DNA of 64,000 nucleotides from a bacterium (GTDB lineage Bacteria; Zhuqueibacterota; Zhuqueibacteria; Oceanimicrobiales; Oceanimicrobiaceae): NCBI GenBank assembly GCA_046757025.1, contig JBHHXN010000001.1, positions 59,185 to 123,184 of the forward strand, read 5' to 3'. Shown piece by piece: positions 10,377 to 18,719 of this stretch (position 1 is its first letter; each line of letters starts with the position of its first letter). The notes under the pieces were generated by a model. It saw only the letters and a program-made list of their open reading frames with translations, ran no database searches and was not told where the DNA came from. The position numbers and the translations under genes were made by a program.

Positions 10377-11486
10377 TTGATGAGGAAAATGAAAATTGCT
10401 ATCATGGGGATTCGCGGCATTCCGGCCAATTACGGAGGATTCGAAACCTTTGCAGAACATCTGGCGCCCAACCTGGTGCAGCGGGGGCATGAGGTCACGG
10501 TTTACGGTCGCTCCAACTGCATCGACTACGACGGAAAATATTACAAAGGCGTGCGCCTGGTGATCTTGCCGACCATTTCGCACAAATATTTCGACACTGT
10601 GGCGCATACTTTATTGTGCACTCTGCACGCTTTAAGGGAAAAGTACGACGCCATTTTGATGTGCAACAGCGCCAACGCCTATTGTGCTTTTATCCCGCGC
10701 CTGGTGGGCACGCCGGTGGCCCTGAACGTGGACGGATTGGAGTGGAAACGCAGCAAATGGAATCGGCTGGGTCAATGGTTCTATCTTTTGTCCGAGCGGC
10801 TCGCTACCTTCACGGCCACCGAAATCGTAACCGACGCTCGTGAAATTGAAAAATATTATCTTGATAAATTCAAAAAAACGTCTATATTCATTCCGTATGG
10901 CACCCCCATTGGCAAAGTGGATTCTCAGGACGTGTTGAAAAAGTTCGATCTGGAGTCGAAAAAATACGTGCTCTACGTCAGCCGACTGGAGCCGGAAAAC
11001 AATGCCCACCTGGTGGTGAAAGCATTCGAGAAGGTGAAAACCGATCTCAAATGCGTCATCGTGGGCGATGCGCCCTACAATGGCGAATACATCCAAAATT
11101 TGAAAAAAACCAAAGATCCGCGCATCATTTTTACGGGCTACGTTTTCGGGCAGGGCTATCGCGAACTGCAATCGAATGCCTATTTTTACGTGCAGGGTAC
11201 CGAGGTGGGCGGCACGCATCCGGCCTTGCTGGAAGGGATGGGGCACGGCAATTGTGTTTTAGCCAACGACGTACCGGAACATCGCGAAGTGCTGGGAGAT
11301 GCGGGAGTTTACTTTCATTCCCAAAAAAATGGCGAGCTGACCAGCCAAATGCAGTACCTGCTGGATAATCCCGAATCCGTGACAGAATATGGTAAAAAAG
11401 CGGTTGCGCGCATAAAAAAGTTTTATACCTGGGAGAAAGTCACAGAAAATTACGAGCAATTGTTTAACCAATTAGCGCAAAAATAA
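10377..11486 (+). CDS. GT4 glycosyltransferase with DUF1972-type N-terminal domain
   Basis: 'KIAIMGIRGIPANYGGFETF' N-terminus and a GT-B C-terminal domain. Confidence 0.8.
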   Translation: MMRKMKIAIMGIRGIPANYGGFETFAEHLAPNLVQRGHEVTVYGRSNCIDYDGKYYKGVRLVILPTISHKYFDTVAHTLLCTLHALREKYDAILMCNSANAYCAFIPRLVGTPVALNVDGLEWKRSKWNRLGQWFYLLSERLATFTATEIVTDAREIEKYYLDKFKKTSIFIPYGTPIGKVDSQDVLKKFDLESKKYVLYVSRLEPENNAHLVVKAFEKVKTDLKCVIVGDAPYNGEYIQNLKKTKDPRIIFTGYVFGQGYRELQSNAYFYVQGTEVGGTHPALLEGMGHGNCVLANDVPEHREVLGDAGVYFHSQKNGELTSQMQYLLDNPESVTEYGKKAVARIKKFYTWEKVTENYEQLFNQLAQK

Positions 11487-11489
11487 TCG

Positions 11490-12548
11490 ATGATTTCTAA
11501 ACTCATTTTAGAAGATGGTACCATTTATCATGGCGAAGCCTTTGGCAGCGCGACTTCGGTTGCCGGCGAAGTGGTGTTCAACACCGGTATGGTGGGTTAC
11601 CCCGAATCTTTGACCGATCCCTCTTATGAAGGACAAATCCTGGTGCTGACATATCCCTTGATTGGAAATTATGGCGTACCATCGGAGAAACGAGAAAATG
11701 CGCGACTGGCCATGGACTTTGAATCGGATAAAATGCACATCGCCGGACTGGTGGTTTCCGAGTGTTCGAAAGATTTCAGTCACTGGGAAGGGCAAGGCAA
11801 TTTGGCGGACTGGCTGCATTCCAGCCGGGTGCCGGGAATCAGCAACATCGATACCCGGGCGCTCACGCAAAAGATTCGCGAGAAAGGCGCCATGCTGGGC
11901 AAGATCGTGGTGCAGGAAAAGGAAATCGAATTCAAAGATCCCAACCTGGAAAACCTGGTTGCGCGGGTTTCTCCGGACCGGCCTGTAGAATACAGCAAAG
12001 GCGGCAAAAGAGTGCTGGTGATCGATTGCGGTTGCAAGTTCAACATTATTCGTTCGCTGATGAACCGGCAGGTATCTGTTTTGGCAGTGCCCTGGAATTG
12101 GGATTTCTCTCAGGAGAATTATGACGGCATTCTCATTTCTAACGGACCGGGAGATCCCAAGATGTGCGATATCACCATTGAAAATATTCGCAAAGCGCTT
12201 GCACAGGATAATCCTGTTTTTGGAATTTGTCTCGGCAACCAGCTCCTCGCCCTGGCCGCCGGCGGGGATACCTATAAATTGAAATATGGCCACCACAGTC
12301 AGAACCAACCTTGCATCCTGGTCGGCAGCAAACGCTGCTACATCACCTCTCAGAATCATGGTTACGCGGTGGATGAACGCTCTTTGCCGGCGGAATGGGA
12401 GCCGTGGTTTTTTAATGCCAACGACGGCACCAACGAAGGCATACGGCACCGCACCCGCCCCTTCTGGGGAGTGCAATTTCATCCAGAGGCTGCTCCCGGA
12501 CCGTTAGACACCGGCCATTTGTTTGATGAATTTATCACCCAACTTTAA
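11490..12548 (+). CDS. carA: Carbamoyl-phosphate synthase small (glutaminase) subunit
   Basis: Class I glutamine amidotransferase triad context 'GICLGNQLLALA', 'NHGYAV' and 'QFHPE'; CarA N-terminal domain; 3-nt gap after the upstream GT4 gene. Confidence 0.95.
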   Translation: MISKLILEDGTIYHGEAFGSATSVAGEVVFNTGMVGYPESLTDPSYEGQILVLTYPLIGNYGVPSEKRENARLAMDFESDKMHIAGLVVSECSKDFSHWEGQGNLADWLHSSRVPGISNIDTRALTQKIREKGAMLGKIVVQEKEIEFKDPNLENLVARVSPDRPVEYSKGGKRVLVIDCGCKFNIIRSLMNRQVSVLAVPWNWDFSQENYDGILISNGPGDPKMCDITIENIRKALAQDNPVFGICLGNQLLALAAGGDTYKLKYGHHSQNQPCILVGSKRCYITSQNHGYAVDERSLPAEWEPWFFNANDGTNEGIRHRTRPFWGVQFHPEAAPGPLDTGHLFDEFITQL

Positions 12549-12549
12549 T

Positions 12550-15500
12550 ATGTTGAAAAAACCTCGTAAAGTCATCGTCCTTGGCAGCTCGGCTCTCAAG
12601 ATTGGCGAGGCGGGCGAATTCGACTACTCTGGCAGCCAGGCCATCAAAGCGCTCGAGGAGGAAGGTATTCAAACCGTGCTGGTGAATCCCAATATCGCCA
12701 CCATCCAGACTTCTGAGCATCTGGCGGACATAGTTTATTTCCTGCCGGTGACCGCTTACTTTGCGGAAAAGATCATCGAAAAAGAACAGCCGGACGGCAT
12801 CTTTCTGGCTTTTGGTGGACAAACCGCGCTCAACTGCGGCATGGAGCTGGCTAAAAACGGTGTATTTGAAAAACACGATGTGACCGTTTTGGGCAGTCCG
12901 CTTAAGGCGATTCAAGACACCGAAGACAGAGGCCTGTTCACGCAACGATTGAGTGAAATTGACGTGGCGGTGCCGCGCAGTGTGGCGGTGCAATCTGCCG
13001 AAGAGGCGCTGGCTACGGCCCAGAAAATAGGCTACCCGGTGATGATTCGAATCGCTTTTGCGCTCGGTGGACTGGGCTCGGGAATTTGTGCCACGGAAAA
13101 GGAAGTCCGGGAGCTCGCTGAAAGGGCTTTTTCATTCACTAATCAAATTCTGGTTGAAGAATATCTGCAGGGATGGAAAGAGGTGGAATACGAGGTGGTG
13201 CGCGATGTGCACGACAATTGCATTACGGTGTGCAACATGGAGAATTTTGACCCGCTGGGGATTCACACTGGCGAAAGCATCGTGGTCGCTCCGAGTCAGA
13301 CGTTAAACAACCACGAATATCATCGCTTGCGGGAAATTTCCATTCGCGTGGTGCGGCACATCGGCATTGTCGGCGAATGCAACATTCAGTTCGCTCTCGA
13401 TCCGGAAACCGGCGACTACCGGGTCATTGAAGTCAACGCGCGTTTGTCGCGCAGCTCAGCGCTGGCGTCAAAAGCCACCGGTTACCCGCTGGCTTTCATT
13501 GCAGCCAAATTAGCTCTGGGTTACGGCCTGACCGATTTGAAAAATTCCATCACGCAAACCACCATGGCTTGTTTTGAGCCGGCACTGGACTATGTCGTGG
13601 TAAAAATACCCCGCTGGGATCTGAAGAAATTTCATCATGTTTCCACTCGAATTGGCTCCGGCATGAAATCGGTGGGAGAAGTCATGGCCATTGGGCGCTC
13701 GTTCGAGGAAGCGCTGCAAAAAGCGCTGCGCATGCTGGATATCGGAGTGTTCGGGCTTACCGGCAACGACCACCTGCAATATGACGATCCGCAGAGCGAG
13801 CTGCTGAACCCCACGGATGAACGCATCTTCGCGGTGGTGCAGGCATTGAAAAGCGGGTTTACCGTCGATAAAGTTCACAAGCTGACCAATATTGATAAAT
13901 GGTTTGTCTATAAAATTCAGAACATTCTGGATGTGGAATCTTCCCTGCAGCAATATGTCCACGGTCTGTGCCCGCGCGGGACTTTGTTAGAAGCCAAGCG
14001 CGCCGGCTTCTCGGATTATCAAATTGCCAAAATTCTAAAATGCACGGAATTAGAAGTGCAACGGATGCGTAAAAATTACGGTCTCAAGCCGTGTGTCAAG
14101 CAGATCGACACGCTGGCGGCGGAATATCCAGCGCAGACCAATTATCTTTATTTGACCTACAACGGCACCTCCGATGATGTTGAATTTAAGGAGCAGAAAT
14201 CCGTTATGGTTCTGGGTTCCGGGGTTTACCGCATTGGCAGCTCGGTGGAGTTTGACTGGTGCTGTGTGAGCGCGGTAATGACCCTGCGCAAGCTGGGATA
14301 TCAGACCATTCTCATCAATTACAATCCCGAAACTGTAAGCACCGACTACGATGAATGCGACCGGCTGTATTTTGATGAGCTGAGTTTTGAGACCATTGCA
14401 GAGATCTACGAGAAAGAGCAGCCGCTGGGTATTCTCATTTCCATGGGGGGACAAATTCCGAATATTCTGGCTTTGAAATTACATCAGGCCGGTATGAAAG
14501 TCCTCGGTACCTCTTCCCAAAATATCGACAACGCCGAAGACCGGCACAAGTTCTCCACGCTGCTGGATCAGTTGAACATCGATCAGCCCGAGTGGCGGGA
14601 GCTGGTTTCCATCGAAGAGGCCATCGCCTTCGCCAAACAAGTACGGTACCCGGTGCTGGTGCGACCTTCCTACGTTTTGAGCGGCGCCGCCATGGGGGTG
14701 GCTTCCACGGATGAAGAGCTGACGAAATTTCTGGAACGCGCGGTGGACATTTCGCGGGAGTATCCGGTGGTGATCAGCAAATTTTTAGAAAACGCCAAAG
14801 AGATCGAATTCGATGGCGTGGCAAAAAACGGCGAGCTGGTGGTTTACGCCATTTCGGAGCATGTGGAAAACGCCGGCGTGCATTCCGGCGACGCTACGCT
14901 GGTGCTGCCGCCCCAGCGCACATATATTGAAACCATTCGCCAGATACGCAACATATCGAGAAAAATTGCTAAAGCCCTGCAAATCACCGGTCCCTTTAAT
15001 ATGCAGTTAATCGCTAAAAATAACGACGTCAAAGTCATCGAATGCAACTTGCGGGCATCGCGTAGTTTCCCATTTGTTTCGAAAGTCTATAAAATCAATT
15101 TTATCGACATAGCCACCCGCGTGCTGTTGGGCGAAACCGTACCCAAAATCGATAAATCGTTCATGGAGCTGGAGTACGTGGGGGTGAAAGCGCCGCATTT
15201 TTCATTCACACGGTTGCAGGGAGCCGATCCCACGCTGGGAGTTGAAATGGCTTCCACCGGCGAAGTGGGCTGCCTGGGCGACGATTTCGAAGAAGCCTTT
15301 TTGAAAGCGCTGTTGTCGGTGGGATTTAAGCTGCCCATCAAAACTATTTTGATTTCGGCCGGGCCGCTTGAAAATAAAGCGGAATTTGTTTCCAGCGCGA
15401 AAATGCTCGCTGCGATGCGAGTAAAAATCTACTCCACCAAAGGCACAGCGCAATTTATGAAGCAGTACGATATCGCGTCCGAGATTTTACACTGGCCACT

Positions 15501-15747
15501 GGAGAAAAAGAGCCCCAATGTTTTGGAATATTTGAGCAGCCGACGAATCGATCTGGTCATCAATATTCCGAAAAATTTTCAGGAAGAAGAGTTGACCAAC
15601 GATTACATCATCCGCCGCAAAGCCGTGGATTTTGGCATTCCGCTCATCACCAATCTCCAGCTTGCCCGCAGATTTGTGGAAGCCATATTCAGAAAAGATT
15701 TTACAGAATTACACATAAAAAGCTGGAGAGAGTACGAATTTAATTGA
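12550..15747 (+). CDS. carB: Carbamoyl-phosphate synthase large subunit
   Basis: 'KVIVLGSSALKIGEAGEFDYSGSQA' and duplicated ATP-grasp halves. The ATG at 12550 (MLKKPRKV...) is preferred over the track start at 12523 because it leaves a 1-nt gap after the carA stop. Confidence 0.95.
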   Translation: MLKKPRKVIVLGSSALKIGEAGEFDYSGSQAIKALEEEGIQTVLVNPNIATIQTSEHLADIVYFLPVTAYFAEKIIEKEQPDGIFLAFGGQTALNCGMELAKNGVFEKHDVTVLGSPLKAIQDTEDRGLFTQRLSEIDVAVPRSVAVQSAEEALATAQKIGYPVMIRIAFALGGLGSGICATEKEVRELAERAFSFTNQILVEEYLQGWKEVEYEVVRDVHDNCITVCNMENFDPLGIHTGESIVVAPSQTLNNHEYHRLREISIRVVRHIGIVGECNIQFALDPETGDYRVIEVNARLSRSSALASKATGYPLAFIAAKLALGYGLTDLKNSITQTTMACFEPALDYVVVKIPRWDLKKFHHVSTRIGSGMKSVGEVMAIGRSFEEALQKALRMLDIGVFGLTGNDHLQYDDPQSELLNPTDERIFAVVQALKSGFTVDKVHKLTNIDKWFVYKIQNILDVESSLQQYVHGLCPRGTLLEAKRAGFSDYQIAKILKCTELEVQRMRKNYGLKPCVKQIDTLAAEYPAQTNYLYLTYNGTSDDVEFKEQKSVMVLGSGVYRIGSSVEFDWCCVSAVMTLRKLGYQTILINYNPETVSTDYDECDRLYFDELSFETIAEIYEKEQPLGILISMGGQIPNILALKLHQAGMKVLGTSSQNIDNAEDRHKFSTLLDQLNIDQPEWRELVSIEEAIAFAKQVRYPVLVRPSYVLSGAAMGVASTDEELTKFLERAVDISREYPVVISKFLENAKEIEFDGVAKNGELVVYAISEHVENAGVHSGDATLVLPPQRTYIETIRQIRNISRKIAKALQITGPFNMQLIAKNNDVKVIECNLRASRSFPFVSKVYKINFIDIATRVLLGETVPKIDKSFMELEYVGVKAPHFSFTRLQGADPTLGVEMASTGEVGCLGDDFEEAFLKALLSVGFKLPIKTILISAGPLENKAEFVSSAKMLAAMRVKIYSTKGTAQFMKQYDIASEILHWPLEKKSPNVLEYLSSRRIDLVINIPKNFQEEELTNDYIIRRKAVDFGIPLITNLQLARRFVEAIFRKDFTELHIKSWREYEFN

Positions 15748-15842
15748 TATTAACACAATCATTTATTAGTATAAAAAACATGGTTCTTAATGCATTTCTA
15801 ATATACCAGAATGAGTCATTAACGAAATAGAAAAACCTATTT

Positions 15843-15893
15843 AGCTATTGGCTATTCGCTTTTGGCTGTTGGGTATTTGGTAAATTGGCTACA
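15843..15893. repeat. Tandem degenerate heptamer array (TTAGCTA/TTGGCTA/TTCGCTT/TTGGCTG/TTGGGTA/TTTGGTA/ATTGGCTA)
   Basis: 6-7 head-to-tail 7-nt units with a TTGGC core in the carB-carbamoyltransferase intergenic region. Confidence 0.6.
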
Positions 15894-15961
15894 CAACATG
15901 AGTGATTTTGGAACTCAATATATTTTGGAAGGTGGGATTGCCAGCGTTAAACGAGTTTACG

Positions 15962-15994
15962 AAACCTTCCAGGTTTTTAAAACCTGGAAGGTTT
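15962..15994. terminator. Perfect 15-bp stem palindrome (aaaccttccaggttt / aaacctggaaggttt, 3-nt loop), possible bidirectional terminator after carB
   Basis: Exact inverted repeat read directly from the sequence; no strong U-tract follows. Confidence 0.4.
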
Positions 15995-16117
15995 GAAAAT
16001 AGGACTTAAGAAGTCATTTTCGATGAGTTTAATATAGAAAAAAAATGATAAATATCTTAATCAACAAGCTCAAGGCCAAAAACTAAATAATGATTGAGTG
16101 TAAACCCGATTCTTAAT

Positions 16118-16194
16118 GTCATTCCTGCGATCTTTTGTGCAGGAATCCCCTCATTTCAGGCAGGAGATTCCTACTAAAAACATGCAGGAAAGAC
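16118..16194. repeat. Intergenic palindromic repeat element, copy A (termini GTCATTCCTGC...GCAGGAAAGAC)
   Basis: Terminal inverted repeats plus nested internal palindromes; shares 'AGGCAGGAG(A/G)ATC' with copy C. Confidence 0.55.
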
Positions 16195-16206
16195 AGGTAA
16201 TGGCTG

Positions 16207-16228
16207 TTTTCGGTCAATCACTAAATAG
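16207..16228 (+). promoter_or_regulatory. Conserved 22-nt box TTTTCGGTCAATCACTAAATAG (copy 1 of 3), 10 nt upstream of the carbamoyltransferase ATG
   Basis: Near-identical boxes at 24762 and 37397, each upstream of the first gene of a transcription unit. Confidence 0.5.
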
Positions 16229-16237
16229 TTGCACGAA

Positions 16238-18055
16238 ATGAATATTTTAGGAATTTCTTGTTTTTATCATGACAGCGCCGCCTGCCTGGTGCGGGATGGC
16301 GAAATCCTGGCTGCGGCACAGGAAGAGCGATTTACGCGCATAAAGCATGATCAGGCTTTCCCCATCAACGCCATAAATTATTGTTTGCAGTATGGTAGAA
16401 TTTCCGTAAACGAACTAAATTACGTGGCGTTTTACGATAAACCGTTTTTGAAATTTGAGCGCATTCTGGAGTCGTATCTGGCGTACGCTCCCAGGGGCAT
16501 TCGCTCATATTTGATGGCCATTCAACTGTGGATCAAACGTAAATTGTGGATTCCCGATCTCATTCACAAAGAGATGGGTTACGATGGCAAAATCCTCTAC
16601 CCGGAGCATCATGAATCGCACGCGGCGTCGGCATTTTATCCTTCCCCGTTTCAGCGCGCCGCCTTCATCACCATGGACGGCGTGGGGGAGTGGACTACTA
16701 CCTCCTTTGGAACTGGTCGAGATAATCAAATCCGCATTTTGGCAGAATTAAAATTTCCACATTCGCTGGGTTTGCTTTATTCGGCATTTACCTATTATAC
16801 TGGATTTAAAGTGAATTCCGGCGAATACAAAGTGATGGGTCTGGCCCCTTACGGCGAGCCCAAATATGTGCGAACCATTTTGGACAATTTGATCGACATC
16901 AAGGCCGACGGCTCGTTTCGCATGAACATGGAGTATTTCAATTACTGCGCCGGCCTGACCATGACCAACGGCCGTTTCGATGCGTTGTTTGGCGGGCCGC
17001 CGCGTGCGCGCGAATCTGAAATTACCCAGCGCGAGATGGACCTGGCGCGATCGGTGCAGGAAGTGACCGAAGAGATCATGCTGAAAACCGCAAATCATGT
17101 GTACAAGCAAACCGGTGAAAAATATCTGTGCCTGGCCGGCGGCGTGGCTCTGAACTGCGTGGGAAACGGCCGAATTGTGCGAGAGGGACCGTTTGACGAC
17201 ATCTGGATTCAGCCCGCGGCCGGCGATGCCGGCGGCGCACTGGGGGCGGCGCTGTTGTCCTGGTATCAGTACCTGCAAAACGAACGGAAAGCTACAGGGG
17301 ATGACAGCCTTCAGAAAGGCTCTTATCTCGGACCCGAGTACCGCGACGATGAGCTGCAGAAATTCCTGGAACAGCATGGCATTCCACACCAAAAACTCAC
17401 TTTCGAGGAGGTTCCTGAAAAAATTGCCGAATTGCTGCTGCAGGAAAAAGTAGTGGGATGGTTCCAGGGGCGCATGGAGTTTGGCCCCAGAGCGCTGGGC
17501 AGCCGTTCCATTCTCGGAGATGCCCGCTCGCCCAAAATGCAGAAAGTCATGAATTTAAAGATCAAATACCGCGAAAGCTTCCGGCCTTTTGCACCGTCGG
17601 TTTTGCACGAGCGCACATCGGATTATTTTGAGCTCGACCGGCCGAGCCCGTACATGCTGTTAGTCGCAGCGATTAGAAAAGAAAAACAGCGACGGCTCAA
17701 TCCCTCGGAACGAAATCTCCGCGGATTAGAAAAATTGCAGGTAGCGCGCTCTGAAATTCCAGCCGTCACCCATGTTGACAATTCGGCTCGCATCCAGACC
17801 GTCCACAAGACGACCAATGAGCTTTATCATCGGCTCATCTCTGCCTTTGAAGCCAAAACCGGCTGCCCGGTGATCATCAACACCTCGTTTAATGTGCGCG
17901 GGGAGCCCATCGTGTGCACCCCTCTGGATGCCTACAAATGCTTCATGCGCACGGAAATGGATTATCTGAGCATGGGCTCCTATTTGCTGGAAAAATCCCA
18001 ACAGCCCGAGTTTAAAGACGACATCGACTGGCAAGAAACCTTTGAGTTGGATTGA
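16238..18055 (+). CDS. NodU/CmcH-family O-carbamoyltransferase
   Basis: 'MNILGISCFYHDSAACLV' N-terminus with the carbamoyltransferase N- and C-domains. ATG 16238 is preferred over TTG 16229. Confidence 0.9.
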   Translation: MNILGISCFYHDSAACLVRDGEILAAAQEERFTRIKHDQAFPINAINYCLQYGRISVNELNYVAFYDKPFLKFERILESYLAYAPRGIRSYLMAIQLWIKRKLWIPDLIHKEMGYDGKILYPEHHESHAASAFYPSPFQRAAFITMDGVGEWTTTSFGTGRDNQIRILAELKFPHSLGLLYSAFTYYTGFKVNSGEYKVMGLAPYGEPKYVRTILDNLIDIKADGSFRMNMEYFNYCAGLTMTNGRFDALFGGPPRARESEITQREMDLARSVQEVTEEIMLKTANHVYKQTGEKYLCLAGGVALNCVGNGRIVREGPFDDIWIQPAAGDAGGALGAALLSWYQYLQNERKATGDDSLQKGSYLGPEYRDDELQKFLEQHGIPHQKLTFEEVPEKIAELLLQEKVVGWFQGRMEFGPRALGSRSILGDARSPKMQKVMNLKIKYRESFRPFAPSVLHERTSDYFELDRPSPYMLLVAAIRKEKQRRLNPSERNLRGLEKLQVARSEIPAVTHVDNSARIQTVHKTTNELYHRLISAFEAKTGCPVIINTSFNVRGEPIVCTPLDAYKCFMRTEMDYLSMGSYLLEKSQQPEFKDDIDWQETFELD

Positions 18056-18494
18056 AATGAGTTTTATTACCGAAATCTTTGAAGAAATCAATAAGCTGCA
18101 GCAGGACAAAAAAGCTCTGCGCAAGTTTGGACTGACCATGGCCCCGGCGTTTTTCGTGCTTGGATTACTTATTTTCTTTCTGGGATCCAAGCCTGAAAAA
18201 GCGTTCTGGCTCTGGGGTATTGCTGTAATATTTTTAACTTCAGGTCTGATTGCACCGAAAATATTAAAAGGCATCTATAAAATTTGGATGGGTCTGGCGT
18301 TGCTCATCGGATGGGTGATGTCACGGGTCATTTTGAGTTTGCTGTATTATTTAGCGATAACGCCTATTGCATTTTTCATGCGCCTGATTGGTAAAGACCT
18401 GTTGGACCAGAAAATAGACAAAAATATTTCAAGCTACTGGACAGTTCGCGAGAACCAGGAAATAAACATCCAAAAATATGAAAAACTATTTTAG
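18042..18494 (+). CDS. Small polytopic membrane protein, SxtJ-like carbamoyltransferase companion (tentative)
   Basis: 150 aa with 3-4 TM helices; overlaps the carbamoyltransferase stop by 14 nt. Confidence 0.4.
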   Translation: MSWIEMSFITEIFEEINKLQQDKKALRKFGLTMAPAFFVLGLLIFFLGSKPEKAFWLWGIAVIFLTSGLIAPKILKGIYKIWMGLALLIGWVMSRVILSLLYYLAITPIAFFMRLIGKDLLDQKIDKNISSYWTVRENQEINIQKYEKLF

Positions 18495-18502
18495 GAGGAT
18501 AC

Positions 18503-18661
18503 ATGGGTAAATTTTCAATTATGAAGGAGTTCGGACAATTTCTCCTATCCAGAAAAAAATGGTGGCTGACGCCTATCATCCTCATTTTACTGCTGCTGGG
18601 TTCGCTCATCGTGTTAACCGAAGGCAGCGCGCTGGCTCCATTTATTTATACGCTTTTTTAA
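18503..18661 (+). CDS. 52-aa single-TM protein, DUF5989/SxtK-like (not in the ORF track)
   Basis: AGGAGG RBS at 18493-18498. Translation is MGKFSIMKEFGQFLLSRKKWWLTPIILILLLLGSLIVLTEGSALAPFIYTLF; the 'KKWW...LLLLG...SALAPFIYTLF' pattern is typical of small ORFs found downstream of NodU-type carbamoyltransferases. Confidence 0.5.
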   Translation: MGKFSIMKEFGQFLLSRKKWWLTPIILILLLLGSLIVLTEGSALAPFIYTLF

Positions 18662-18719
18662 GACGACTGTGATTTAAACTCGTGATTATAGATAATTAAG
18701 GTAGTAACCCACACACACC

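Noticed and set aside
11508..12482. 324-aa minus-strand ORF (and similar long antisense ORFs at 51211-52311, 16748-17392, 10632-11246, 2701-3414)
   Set aside because: They lie entirely antisense to high-confidence genes (carA, sat, carbamoyltransferase, GT4) and have no recognisable motifs. They are typical shadow ORFs of GC-rich third codon positions.
16229..16237. TTG start at 16229 for the carbamoyltransferase and ATG at 12523 for carB
   Set aside because: Downstream ATGs (16238; 12550) give the family-typical N-termini (MNILGIS...; MLKKPRKVIVLG...) and remove overlap with the conserved upstream box and the carA stop.
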